Under the pieces are notes generated by a model. The model was not told the origin of the DNA and ran no database searches. It saw only the letters and a list, made by a program, of their open reading frames with translations. Shown one piece after another: positions 6,848 through 15,277 of a stretch of 37,600 nucleotides of DNA (positions are counted from its first letter, which is position 1; the number at the start of each line of letters is the position of its first letter). Origin of the DNA: a virus (lineage: Duplodnaviria; Caudoviricetes); the IMG/VR virus record IMGVR_UViG_3300035665_000120, positions 1 to 37,600 of that record. One strand, written 5' to 3'. A program made the position numbers and the translations under genes.

Positions 6848-6977
6848 TCTGCGCCAGCATGAACTGACAGCCGAGTGCTGGTGCGAGCCGGAGCTTGACT
6901 ACGAAAACATGGTTGCTGTTCACAACAGTGCAGATGGCCGGGAAAAATTTGAGACTGGAGAAAGGAAAGTATCGTGA
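6771..6977 (+). CDS. Small His/Cys metal-binding-like protein
   Basis: H.P.ND...H.....CWCEP........VH pattern, GGAG RBS. Confidence 0.65.
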   Translation: MNNMWRTTRGESKAGNIVIHVTPLNDLRQHELTAECWCEPELDYENMVAVHNSADGREKFETGERKVS

Positions 6978-7171
6978 AGATTGAAAAGGGGCGGCCTTTG
7001 CCGCGAAGCTATCCGTTTGGAAAGATGGAGGTCGGGGACAGCTTCCTGATTCCTAAACACATCCGGCCGCAGACGGTTCAGATTGCTGCGGTACGGTATT
7101 GGCATAAAACCAAAAAGAAGTTTTCGGTTCGAAAGACTGAAGATGGGTATTGCTGCTGGAGGGTGGAATGA
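6974..7171 (+). CDS. Small DNA-binding-like protein (YPF..M..GDSF family), paralogue of 4741..4956
   Basis: GTG start. MKIEKG..LP..YPFGKMEVGDSF...F..RK...G..CWR. Confidence 0.75.
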   Translation: MKIEKGRPLPRSYPFGKMEVGDSFLIPKHIRPQTVQIAAVRYWHKTKKKFSVRKTEDGYCCWRVE

Positions 7172-7350
7172 CTGCAAAGAGAACTGATCCGTGGATTCCC
7201 GTTGGGCATCCTGATTTTGTATGGACATCGGGCGCTGATGTACAGAAAACATGGCGCAGGTATGGGTGGGTGCCGCCCAGCGAACAACGGCCGCCGGTTG
7301 TGGTGGAAGCCAAGGAGCCCGAGTGGGTGGCTGTGAGGAGGGTCAAATGA
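7168..7350 (+). CDS. Hypothetical protein
   Basis: ATGA overlap; TWRRYGWVPPS motif. Confidence 0.65.
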   Translation: MTAKRTDPWIPVGHPDFVWTSGADVQKTWRRYGWVPPSEQRPPVVVEAKEPEWVAVRRVK

Positions 7351-7565
7351 GCAGTAAATCCGTGGCGCACGTTTATCGGATGGAGGCAAACGGTCGGCCT
7401 GTGATTGCATGGGACGATGCGACAGGCATCGAGGTCGGCGCAAAACTCTACGCCGCCCCGCGCCCGTGGGTCGGGCTCACCGATGAGCAGATCAATCAGT
7501 ACGACTACGAGTACCGCGATCTGCTCTATGACGCCGAGAAGATGCTCAGGGAGAACAACACATGA
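7347..7565 (+). CDS. Hypothetical phage protein (WVGLTDE motif)
   Basis: ATGA overlap. LYAAP-PWVGLTDEQI-EKMLRENNT pattern common in small phage proteins. Confidence 0.7.
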   Translation: MSSKSVAHVYRMEANGRPVIAWDDATGIEVGAKLYAAPRPWVGLTDEQINQYDYEYRDLLYDAEKMLRENNT

Positions 7566-7759
7566 GCAACGAATACGCCTTCCCACACACCATCGAGCAT
7601 CTGCACCAGCCGGTGACGGCGGGCATGACGCTGCGCGACTACTTCGCAGCCAAGGCGATGCAGGCAATGGTTCCACTGAATGGTGTTACACCCCAAGTCG
7701 CCGCTTCTGTCGCGTACACGTTTGCAGACGCCATGCTCAAGGCAAGGGGGCAAGCATGA
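7562..7759 (+). CDS. Small phage protein (AFP...GMTLRDYFAAKAMQ family)
   Basis: Recognisable GMTLRDYFAAKAMQ...ADAML motif. Confidence 0.8.
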   Translation: MSNEYAFPHTIEHLHQPVTAGMTLRDYFAAKAMQAMVPLNGVTPQVAASVAYTFADAMLKARGQA

Positions 7760-7920
7760 CCAAAGATGACGACGACACCCTGTGCTACCGCTCAGAGCTT
7801 GAGGCGGCGGTGAAAGCCGAGCGCGAGGCAACTGCCAAACGCTGCGCCGAGATCGCCGACGAGGCCGAGCCGTACCAAGCAGCCGATCTCATCCGCAAGG
7901 CGTTCGGGGTGGACAAATGA
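7756..7920 (+). CDS. Small hypothetical phage protein (ERE..C..IA motif)
   Basis: ATGA overlaps at both ends. Confidence 0.65.
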   Translation: MTKDDDDTLCYRSELEAAVKAEREATAKRCAEIADEAEPYQAADLIRKAFGVDK

Positions 7921-8552
7921 GCTATCTTGTGGCCAGCCTGCCGCCGCTCAAATGCTTTGTGCGGCGCGAATTTCTGTACAACTTTGAAAAGGGGCACGGG
8001 CATCTTGAGCCGGCAATCTGGGTCAGCCTCAAAGCCCTCAGGGGGCAGGTATTTCGCATCGAAAGCCTGCTGCCAAACTACGGTGCTCTCTACGACAAGC
8101 TGCCACTGCATGCCTACGTGTGGAAAGAAGAAGCGGGGGACTTGCCGATTGACACACTGCAGCTATGGGACTGCATGAGCTACCGCTTCACGGTGGTCGA
8201 GAAGATCAACCTGAGGAACCTGAGCGTGAAGTTTCTCGGCAAGGACAAGCAGTGGCACTTTGGCAAATACATGTTCACCGTGGACTTCTGCGCCGACGAG
8301 ATGGCCCTTGACACCACATTCGTTGAGACGGCCGAAGAACACAAGAGCTTTAACTTCATCCGCCTGGACAACGGCCAGTTTGCCACGCAGCCCAACAACC
8401 GCTGCCTCTGGTACGACCAGAGCCTGATCCCACTGGATGTCAAATTCCCGGACTTCCAGGCAGCCAAGTACGTCTGGACCGTTGATGGCTCTCGCAAGTG
8501 GGCCGCTGGCGACGATTGGTTTTATGAGATCAATGAAAGAGGAGCCGACTGA
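7917..8552 (+). CDS. Conserved hypothetical phage protein
   Basis: 211 aa, strong codon bias, aromatic-rich; motifs LQLWDC, EHK and QPNNR. Confidence 0.8.
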   Translation: MSYLVASLPPLKCFVRREFLYNFEKGHGHLEPAIWVSLKALRGQVFRIESLLPNYGALYDKLPLHAYVWKEEAGDLPIDTLQLWDCMSYRFTVVEKINLRNLSVKFLGKDKQWHFGKYMFTVDFCADEMALDTTFVETAEEHKSFNFIRLDNGQFATQPNNRCLWYDQSLIPLDVKFPDFQAAKYVWTVDGSRKWAAGDDWFYEINERGAD

Positions 8553-8917
8553 TGATTGACTTTGTCTCAACCCACCCTGGCGCAGAGCCGCAAACCGTGG
8601 CCTGTGCCCGCCTGCTCGCGGCAGTCATTGCCCAGGCAGTTGATGATGCCTCCAACAGCAATGCAAGCGCAGGTGATGCGTTGGCCGCGATCAATTGGCT
8701 GTTCAACAAGGACACATCGTTTGAGCAGTACGCCACCTTGATCGGCGCAAATCCGCAGGCCATACGAGATGCGCTGCTCAGGTCTGTTGACCCACACGAA
8801 GTCAGACCAAAGGCGGAGCGATTCGATGAGAGCAGGCGCCGCAGGCTGCGCTACAACTACACGCAGTGGCTTCGCCGTAGACAAGAACTGATCGAGCGAG
8901 GGACCATAAAAAAATGA
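8552..8917 (+). CDS. Hypothetical protein (L..AVI.QAV.D...A..W motif)
   Basis: 121 aa, TGATG overlap, AGGAG RBS. Confidence 0.75.
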   Translation: MIDFVSTHPGAEPQTVACARLLAAVIAQAVDDASNSNASAGDALAAINWLFNKDTSFEQYATLIGANPQAIRDALLRSVDPHEVRPKAERFDESRRRRLRYNYTQWLRRRQELIERGTIKK

Positions 8918-9084
8918 AATGCCCCCTATGCAAAGCACCAACCGAAGTCAAACACACCAAGGACGAGGATGGAACACCAATCAGACGCCGGCACTGCTTT
9001 AACGATCACAGCTTCAACACCAAGGAAGTTGCGATCACGCAGCCAAAACTCAAAAGGGTTCGACGCCAAGGAGAAGTGAAATGA
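8914..9084 (+). CDS. NrdR-N-terminal-like zinc-ribbon protein (56 aa, absent from the ORF track)
   Basis: Read by hand: MKCPLCKAPTEVKHTKDEDGTPIRRRHCFNDHSFNTKEV... ATGA overlaps at both ends. Confidence 0.75.
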   Translation: MKCPLCKAPTEVKHTKDEDGTPIRRRHCFNDHSFNTKEVAITQPKLKRVRRQGEVK

Positions 9085-9263
9085 AGTGGAAAACATGGAA
9101 TACCGACCACTGGATTTTGGAATCGCCTAAGGGCGAGGTCCTTGATGAAATCACCAGGGACTATGAGCAGTTGTTCTTTCTCAAGAGCAGCCAGAAGCGA
9201 TACACATCGCTCAAGGCAGCCCAGGCAGAGGGGAAAAGGAACCAGGAGAATGCCCCCTCTTGA
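9081..9263 (+). CDS. Hypothetical protein
   Basis: 60 aa, AAGGAG RBS. Confidence 0.6.
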   Translation: MKWKTWNTDHWILESPKGEVLDEITRDYEQLFFLKSSQKRYTSLKAAQAEGKRNQENAPS

Positions 9264-9287
9264 CATATGTTTCAGGTGGCGTACACT
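9260..9287 (+). promoter_or_regulatory. Sigma70-like promoter
   Basis: TTGACA-N16-TACACT, followed by an AGAAAGGAG RBS at 9299-9307. Confidence 0.75.
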
Positions 9288-9311
9288 ATCCGTACAACAG
9301 AAAGGAGAGCT

Positions 9312-9458
9312 ATGGCTGAACAACCTAAACGACGACTGACAGAGGAAGAACTCAAGCGGTGGTGGCCGTTTGATCGCTTGGACCCCAAGCTGATGCCCAA
9401 ACCACCGAAGAAGCAAAACCCACAACCTGAAGAACCTATAGAGGAAGCATGGCTATGA
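9312..9458 (+). CDS. Small hypothetical protein (WWPF.R motif)
   Basis: ATG at 9312 after a strong RBS. Confidence 0.65.
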   Translation: MAEQPKRRLTEEELKRWWPFDRLDPKLMPKPPKKQNPQPEEPIEEAWL

Positions 9459-9937
9459 AAAAGTTTTCTGAAAAATCCCGGAGTGTGATCGACTTCTTTA
9501 AAAACGACCCGACTGCAAACGTAAGAGAGACCGCCAAGAAGTTCAAGATGGGCCTCCCCCACGCCTACAAGCTGCGCCAGCGGGCCCGGATAGAGAGCAA
9601 GTCAGCAAACAAGGCTGTGCAGAAGGAATTCACCATCACGCTGCCCAAGCAGACCAAGAGCACTATCTCTGTTGACGGCATCCTCGATGCGCGGGCCGTG
9701 GACTACGGTGCGTTCAAAGACGGCGCATCGCTCATGCAGGGCATCAAACGCCTGATGGCAGAGCATGCCCAGCGGCACAACAAGACCTTTGCTGACGACC
9801 AGTGGGAAGCCCTGGAGATGATCGTCCACAAGATGGGCCGCATCGTCAACGGCGACCCCGATAAGGTCGATCACTGGGCCGACATCGCCGGCTACGCCAA
9901 GCTGGTCGCAGATCGCTTGGAGGGGAGGGTGCGGTGA
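9449..9937 (+). CDS. N-terminal HTH-like region fused to a DUF6378-like all-alpha domain
   Basis: IL..R...YG.F, EALEMI.HK..RI.NGDP...D.W.DIAGYA.L. Confidence 0.75.
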   Translation: MAMKKFSEKSRSVIDFFKNDPTANVRETAKKFKMGLPHAYKLRQRARIESKSANKAVQKEFTITLPKQTKSTISVDGILDARAVDYGAFKDGASLMQGIKRLMAEHAQRHNKTFADDQWEALEMIVHKMGRIVNGDPDKVDHWADIAGYAKLVADRLEGRVR

Positions 9938-10287
9938 CCTCTCCAATCAGAGCGGTGCGGATGTCCTCGGAGGAAGTGCAGACGGCCATCCTGGCCTTTC
10001 TGCGCCAATCCAACTACGTCCCGCAGCGCACCAGCGAGATATCCAAGGCCCTGGGTTTCCAGCCCTCCTGCGTCCGCAGGGCAGGGCTGGCCTTGGTTTC
10101 TCGCGGCGTGTTGCAGGCTGATCTGGTCAAGGGCCGGGGCCGTGGAGAGTATCTCTTCATCCTGCAGCAACTGGACCTGTTCTACGACCAGAAACCCGCC
10201 CCAAGCCTGTCTTTGAACAGAATCCTTGAAGCGTTGGCCGAGGTCAAGACTAAGCTCTTGATGCTCACCCTGCGCCGCAGGGCATGA
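9934..10287 (+). CDS. Putative winged-helix DNA-binding protein
   Basis: IL.FL....T.EIS.ALG....VRR....LV..G pattern; GTGA overlap. Confidence 0.6.
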   Translation: MTSPIRAVRMSSEEVQTAILAFLRQSNYVPQRTSEISKALGFQPSCVRRAGLALVSRGVLQADLVKGRGRGEYLFILQQLDLFYDQKPAPSLSLNRILEALAEVKTKLLMLTLRRRA

Positions 10288-12153
10288 TCACTTTGCCTCT
10301 CCCCAGCTTGGTCCGATCTCCACATCGCACCGGCTGGGGACTTCCAGGCGCACCGCCTCGGCCATGATCCTGGCCCCTTCCTCGGCCTCTTCCCGATTCT
10401 TGACCGACAGCGCCACCTCATCGTGAACCTGCAGGATGGGCGTCAAGCCGGCCTTGGTCAGGGCCACCATGGCGGCCTTGGTCTGATCGGCGGCTGACCC
10501 CTGAATCAGGCGATTGAGGCCCTTGTAGGTGCCCGCCCGCTTGATCCGTGCGCCGTATTCAATGACGGCCTGCTCACGCGGCAGCGCCTTGTTCACGCCC
10601 CACTCCATGGGCTCCCACAGCGGGAAGCGGCATTTGCGGCCCAGCAGGGTGCGGATCGCGCCGCCTGAGGCCGCATGGTCAATCCTGGCCATCACCGCGT
10701 TAACGGTGCCCTTGAGGAAGGGGACGTTGCGGTGGAAGTTGTCAATCAATTCGCTGGCCTCATCCAGGGACAGGTCCAGGCTGTTGGCCAGCTTGTTCTT
10801 GCCCATGCCGTACATCAGCCCCAGGCCGATGGTCTTGGCCGCCTTGCGTTTGATGCCGGCCATGTCCGCAACCATCTGGTGGAAGTCGGTGGTGGGGTCC
10901 TCCCGGTAGGCCGCAACCAGATTGTCGGCCCCGGGCAGGGACAGCAGGCTGGCGTAGTGGACCAGCAGGCGGGGCTCCTGAGACGAGAAATCGTTGGAGG
11001 CCCACATCTCCCCTTCCTCGGGCAGGAAAAGGCTCCTAACCATCGGTCCGATCACCTCATGGCGGGCCGGAACCTGTTGCAGATTGGGGTTAGCCATGGA
11101 CAGGCGGCCTGTGACAGTGCCCCCATCATCGGAGCGCATCTGGTTGACATGCGGATGCACACGGCCGGTCTTGGCGCTGAAGTCCATGTAGGGCTGCAGG
11201 AACGTGCTGTGCGTCTTGTTGGTCTCGCGCACCTCTACGATCATCTTGGCCAGCGGATGCTCACAGCCGTCCAGGAATCCCTTGGTAAAGCTGGGCAGCC
11301 CCGTGGCGGTCTTGGCGTACTGAATGCCGAGGCGGTCAAAGGCCTGGGCGATGGATTGCGCGGCCCAAACGTCCACCTGCTGGCCGACCTGGGTCTTGAT
11401 CTGCTGCAGCAGTTCCTTCTCGCGCTTTCGCATCTGGCCAATCAACTGCTCGCATTTCTCGCGGTCAAACCGGATGCCGCGCCGGGTCATCTCCAGCAGC
11501 ACGGGGAACACATCGGTCTCGAGATTGAAGACCGACTCGACCTCCTCCTGCCGCATTTTGATCTTGAAGTGTTGCCAGAGCTTGAGGGTCAGCGCAGCGT
11601 CTTGCTCGGCGTACTCACCAACATACATGGCTGGGAGCTTCCAAAGCTCCTTTTTGGGGTGAACCCCGAAGTCAGCGGCCGCCTGTTTGAGAGCTTGCTC
11701 ACTCTTGACCTCTTTAAGGTAATCGAAGCCAAGCGCATTGAGGCTGTACGAGAAGCGGTTTTCATCGAGGAGCGGGGCAGCAAGCATGGTGTCATAGATT
11801 CGACCGTTGATGGTGAATCCACTTGCACCCAACCACCCGGCGTCATAGGCGGCGTTGTGCATGATCTTGTCCGCTGGGGTGTTGAGGACATCGCGTACCC
11901 AACGCTCCACAAGCCGCCGATCCAAGTTGCCGCCACCGCCATGGCCAACAGGGAAATACCCAGCCCAGCCGTCGACTGCGACTGCGTAACCAACAATACT
12001 CCCGTCACCGCGAGGCCAACCGGGACCCATAGACTCCATGTTCGGGTCGCATGTTTCGAGGTCAATTGCAATCTCCTTGGCTGTGGATAAGTCGGGGAAA
12101 GCCTGTGGAGGAACCCACTCAGTGGCAGTTGGAAACATGGGCATCGTTTTCAC
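10288..12153 (-). CDS. polA: Family A DNA polymerase with 3'-5' exonuclease (Leu762 type)
   Basis: Exo motifs DLET, HNAAYD and YAEQD. Pol motifs TGRLS..PNLQQ, DFSSQEPR, RKAAKTIGLGLMYG and QVHDE. GTG start overlaps the helicase stop. Confidence 0.95.
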   Translation of the reverse strand: MKTMPMFPTATEWVPPQAFPDLSTAKEIAIDLETCDPNMESMGPGWPRGDGSIVGYAVAVDGWAGYFPVGHGGGGNLDRRLVERWVRDVLNTPADKIMHNAAYDAGWLGASGFTINGRIYDTMLAAPLLDENRFSYSLNALGFDYLKEVKSEQALKQAAADFGVHPKKELWKLPAMYVGEYAEQDAALTLKLWQHFKIKMRQEEVESVFNLETDVFPVLLEMTRRGIRFDREKCEQLIGQMRKREKELLQQIKTQVGQQVDVWAAQSIAQAFDRLGIQYAKTATGLPSFTKGFLDGCEHPLAKMIVEVRETNKTHSTFLQPYMDFSAKTGRVHPHVNQMRSDDGGTVTGRLSMANPNLQQVPARHEVIGPMVRSLFLPEEGEMWASNDFSSQEPRLLVHYASLLSLPGADNLVAAYREDPTTDFHQMVADMAGIKRKAAKTIGLGLMYGMGKNKLANSLDLSLDEASELIDNFHRNVPFLKGTVNAVMARIDHAASGGAIRTLLGRKCRFPLWEPMEWGVNKALPREQAVIEYGARIKRAGTYKGLNRLIQGSAADQTKAAMVALTKAGLTPILQVHDEVALSVKNREEAEEGARIMAEAVRLEVPSRCDVEIGPSWGEAK

Positions 12154-13652
12154 AGAGCAAATCCTTTTTCTCGTTGTTTGGGCAGAATCAGGTGAAGCGT
12201 TTTTTTGGCCCGGGTCACGCCTACGTAAAAGAGGCGGTTGATGTTGTCGCTTTGGGCCGCATATTCCTTGGCCGACTTGGGCGAGAGGTCCATGAACAGC
12301 AGGACGTTGTCCGCCTCCCCGCCCTTGGCTCCGTGGATTGTGGACAACTTGATTCGGTTGGCTGTGGACAACTTGGTGCCTCGGCGCAGAACGGCGATTA
12401 GGTACTCTCGCTTTTCCTCGGCGATGCGCTCCAGGGCTTCGTGCCAGATGGCCTCGGTCCGTAGGCCGTGGTCCTTGGTCAGCGCCGCAAGGGTGTACAT
12501 CGCGGTCGGGTCCCCGCCCTTGAAGGTCCGGTGGCCTCGGGCAACGAACTCTCCACCCAGGTACTTGTAGATGTCCATCACATGCGCCCCGACGACTTCC
12601 TCGCCACGGCGCAGGGCCTCCCAATGCACGACCGCCTCAATCATCTTGACCGGCAGGCTCGGCACGCCGCCGCGCTCAAACAGGATGCCGCTTGAGCGCA
12701 GCCATTCATGCACCGGGTTGAGCATGTAATTGGTCGAGGCCATGATGAGCCAGGGCTCGTCGTTGAGCGGTACATCCTCAAACCGGTAGTAAGTCTTGAC
12801 CGATCCTTCAAAGTCCCGGGCTTTCCACTTCTTGGGCTGCCGCTCTCTGATCCGGTGGACGATGTGGTTGGCCAGGGCGTGGACGGTGCTGGGGACCCGG
12901 TAGGACTGCTCGAGCACGGTGATATGCCCTTGGAAGGACAGGAAGCTCTTGACATCAGCGCCGGCCCAGGTGAATACTGCCTGATCGTCGTCTCCGGCGA
13001 GGAAGGCCCGTTTCGCCTTGGAAACCAGTAGCTCGACCATTTGCCATTGCAATCGGCTCAGGTCCTGCGCTTCGTCGATGATTACCACCTCCAGGGCCGG
13101 GATTAGCGATGCATCGAGCACCACCATCTCCAGCAGGTCCGTGAAGTCCAGCAGGTTACGCGAGCGCCGGTAGTGGCGGTAGGACCGCTCTACGAACTCG
13201 AAGTGATACCACTCGATGTCCAGCCCGCTTTGGTCGTAATGCTGGCGCAGGTCGATGCCTTTGATGCGGGCCAGATTGATCTCGTTGAGGATCGGGTTGT
13301 CGGCCTTGGCAAGGTTCACATCCTCCTCGGTGCCCAGGGCGATTTCGATGCCCACCTCGGCGGCGAACTCCCGGTAGTGCTCGGGCTTCATCATCATGTC
13401 TGCCTTGATGGCAAGGCAGTGGAAAGCCAGGGAGTGCAGCGTCCGGAAAAACGGGAAGTCGGTCTTGGGGTGGAGAAACGGGAACTTGGCCACGGCCCGG
13501 TCCCGCGCTTCGTTGGCTGCCTTGCGCGTAAAGGAGAAGTAGCCGATCCGGGACGAGTGAACGCCGGCCTCCAATTCCTGCTCGACGCGGTTGAGCAAGT
13601 AGGTGGTCTTGCCTGCCCCGGGCGGCCCGAAGATTTTGTGAATCTCGACCAT
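12150..13652 (-). CDS. UvrD/Rep-like SF1 helicase
   Basis: GPPGAGKT, SFTRKAA, TLHS, DEAQD, GDDDQA, QSYR, TIHGAKGGE, YVGVTRA. Confidence 0.93.
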   Translation of the reverse strand: MVEIHKIFGPPGAGKTTYLLNRVEQELEAGVHSSRIGYFSFTRKAANEARDRAVAKFPFLHPKTDFPFFRTLHSLAFHCLAIKADMMMKPEHYREFAAEVGIEIALGTEEDVNLAKADNPILNEINLARIKGIDLRQHYDQSGLDIEWYHFEFVERSYRHYRRSRNLLDFTDLLEMVVLDASLIPALEVVIIDEAQDLSRLQWQMVELLVSKAKRAFLAGDDDQAVFTWAGADVKSFLSFQGHITVLEQSYRVPSTVHALANHIVHRIRERQPKKWKARDFEGSVKTYYRFEDVPLNDEPWLIMASTNYMLNPVHEWLRSSGILFERGGVPSLPVKMIEAVVHWEALRRGEEVVGAHVMDIYKYLGGEFVARGHRTFKGGDPTAMYTLAALTKDHGLRTEAIWHEALERIAEEKREYLIAVLRRGTKLSTANRIKLSTIHGAKGGEADNVLLFMDLSPKSAKEYAAQSDNINRLFYVGVTRAKKTLHLILPKQREKGFAL

Positions 13653-13654
13653 GG

Positions 13655-15187
13655 CTAGAACGGGCTCCCTTCTGTGCGCTGGGTGTGCGTGTCAAAGGGC
13701 GCATCCTGCTTTTGAAAGCGGGGGATACGCCAGCAGCGCACCGTCCTGTTCTTGAGGAACAGGCTGATGGGCTCACCGCCCATATCGCGCAGGCGCTGCG
13801 CCATCTTGGGCGCGGACAGGGAAGCGAAGTTGTTGCGCTTGAGATGGGCCTCCAGGTCTTTCATCCTGAAGTACGTGCGGGCCTCCTCATCATCCGTCCA
13901 GGGGCGGCCCATGATGACCTCATCGCGCACAAGCGCCTGCTGCATGTGGGTGGTGAACTCCTCAAGCAGGTCCATGAAGCGGCCGGTCACACTGGTGTCC
14001 TCGCTGGCTTCAGTGATCTGCTCGGTCTCAATCATTTCCTTGAGCAGGGCATTGAGCAGGTTTTCCCAATCCTGTTTGCGCAGGGTCGGGGGTAGGACAT
14101 TGAGTTTTTCCAGGCAAGCCTTTTGGAACGCGCCTTGTAGGAATAGGCTGTCAGTGTCTAGCTCGATGCGCCGTCCGTTGACATCCAAGAACCACAGGGG
14201 TGGTTCACTGGCGTACTTCGACAAGCTGGCGATCTGTGGCGCGTCAGGCGAGTTGGCCCCGATGCCAAACTTGCGGGTGCGGCACAGGCCTGAGTGGCAG
14301 AAGGAATTTAGCGGTGCATCCTTGCACTTGTAGTGATACTCTTTTTTGCCAACCTGTTTGACCAGTATCTGGACTTCGTTGTTGGGCAGAGGGGGAGCCA
14401 CGTATTTGTAGTTGTATTCAACCAGCTTGTCTTCCCAGCCGGCCGGGTGGGCCCGCTTAAGATAGATGCCAATGTTGAATAGGCCATTATTGCGCGTGCC
14501 CTCCGGGAAGCCTTGGGCGCATAGTGCTTGTAGGCATGGCGGGCCGTCCTTGATGGGGCTCTCTGCTTGCTTAGGCGGTTCAGGAAAACTGAGCGGCAAC
14601 TCTTGAACCGCTGCATCGTACAGACCGTAAAACTCTTCCAAAGTCGCCGCAGACCCATCCGGGTTGATTGCGTAACGAAGGCCGGCGTCTCCACCGAAGT
14701 ACGGCAGGTTGAGAAAGTTGCCGGTGTCTCCTCGATCAACAAGGATTTCGGCTTGCTTCGGAAAGATTTCTCGACCCGCTTCACCAAGCAGTGCAGCCGC
14801 ATTCTTGAGATACGTTTGAAAGTCTCTGGCTGGAACAGGCGTTTTTGTGAATAAAAAGACATGGGCCCCTCCTGATTTGCTTCTGCATACGACCAGCGGC
14901 AGCTTCAACTGCGCAATTCGCTCTACGAGGCCTTTGTGGTCCAGAGGGTACTGGTCAATGTCAATACATCCCCAGATGCAGGTGTTATCCGCCCTGATTG
15001 GGATAATTCCAAGACTCGGTTCAACACCCTCGAGGTGTGCAATCCACAAGTCATCCGTTGGGGGCTTGCGCACGACTGTGGCTTGCCCAGCTTGTTTTCC
15101 GTCTCCACGTTCTGCCTTTATTCGGTACGTACCGTAAGCGATGTCCAGTCCACTGAAGATCGCTTTGAACCTTGTTATGTCTGTCAT
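13655..15187 (-). CDS. Archaeo-eukaryotic-type primase (prim-pol) with a PriCT-like C-terminal part
   Basis: IDID, RSKSGGAH, GNFLNLPY, PPCL, GTRNN and a Cys cluster. Confidence 0.8.
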   Translation of the reverse strand: MTDITRFKAIFSGLDIAYGTYRIKAERGDGKQAGQATVVRKPPTDDLWIAHLEGVEPSLGIIPIRADNTCIWGCIDIDQYPLDHKGLVERIAQLKLPLVVCRSKSGGAHVFLFTKTPVPARDFQTYLKNAAALLGEAGREIFPKQAEILVDRGDTGNFLNLPYFGGDAGLRYAINPDGSAATLEEFYGLYDAAVQELPLSFPEPPKQAESPIKDGPPCLQALCAQGFPEGTRNNGLFNIGIYLKRAHPAGWEDKLVEYNYKYVAPPLPNNEVQILVKQVGKKEYHYKCKDAPLNSFCHSGLCRTRKFGIGANSPDAPQIASLSKYASEPPLWFLDVNGRRIELDTDSLFLQGAFQKACLEKLNVLPPTLRKQDWENLLNALLKEMIETEQITEASEDTSVTGRFMDLLEEFTTHMQQALVRDEVIMGRPWTDDEEARTYFRMKDLEAHLKRNNFASLSAPKMAQRLRDMGGEPISLFLKNRTVRCWRIPRFQKQDAPFDTHTQRTEGSPF

Positions 15188-15206
15188 TGCACTCTCTATA
15201 AAAGGT

Positions 15207-15273
15207 GGGGCCTACTCGCCGATTCTGCGTACAGGAATTGCAGTAACGACACGCAGAATCCGCTTTCGGCCCC
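15207..15273 (-). ncRNA. Putative structured cis-RNA with a loop-E/sarcin-ricin-type internal loop
   Basis: Minus strand: GGGGCC-GAAA-GCG-GAUUCUGCGU-(20 nt)-ACGCAGAAUC-GGCG-AGUA-GGCCCC, then ACCUUUU. Intergenic between the SSB-like and primase genes. Confidence 0.6.
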
Positions 15274-15277
15274 GAAA

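Noticed and set aside
5956-9263. Long chain of ATGA/TGATG overlaps as a special system
   Set aside because: Ordinary translational coupling in compact phage operons.
10675-12090. 471-aa plus-strand ORF antisense to polA
   Set aside because: Shadow ORF caused by GC3 codon bias; no RBS or motifs.
12154-12624. N-terminal extension of PolA in the ORF track
   Set aside because: Overlaps the helicase C-terminus in another frame and is low-complexity Arg/Pro/Gly. The real start is the GTG at 12153 or a nearby ATG.
15207-15273. tRNA or hammerhead ribozyme
   Set aside because: No cloverleaf or T-loop and no CUGAUGA core; kept only as an unclassified structured RNA.
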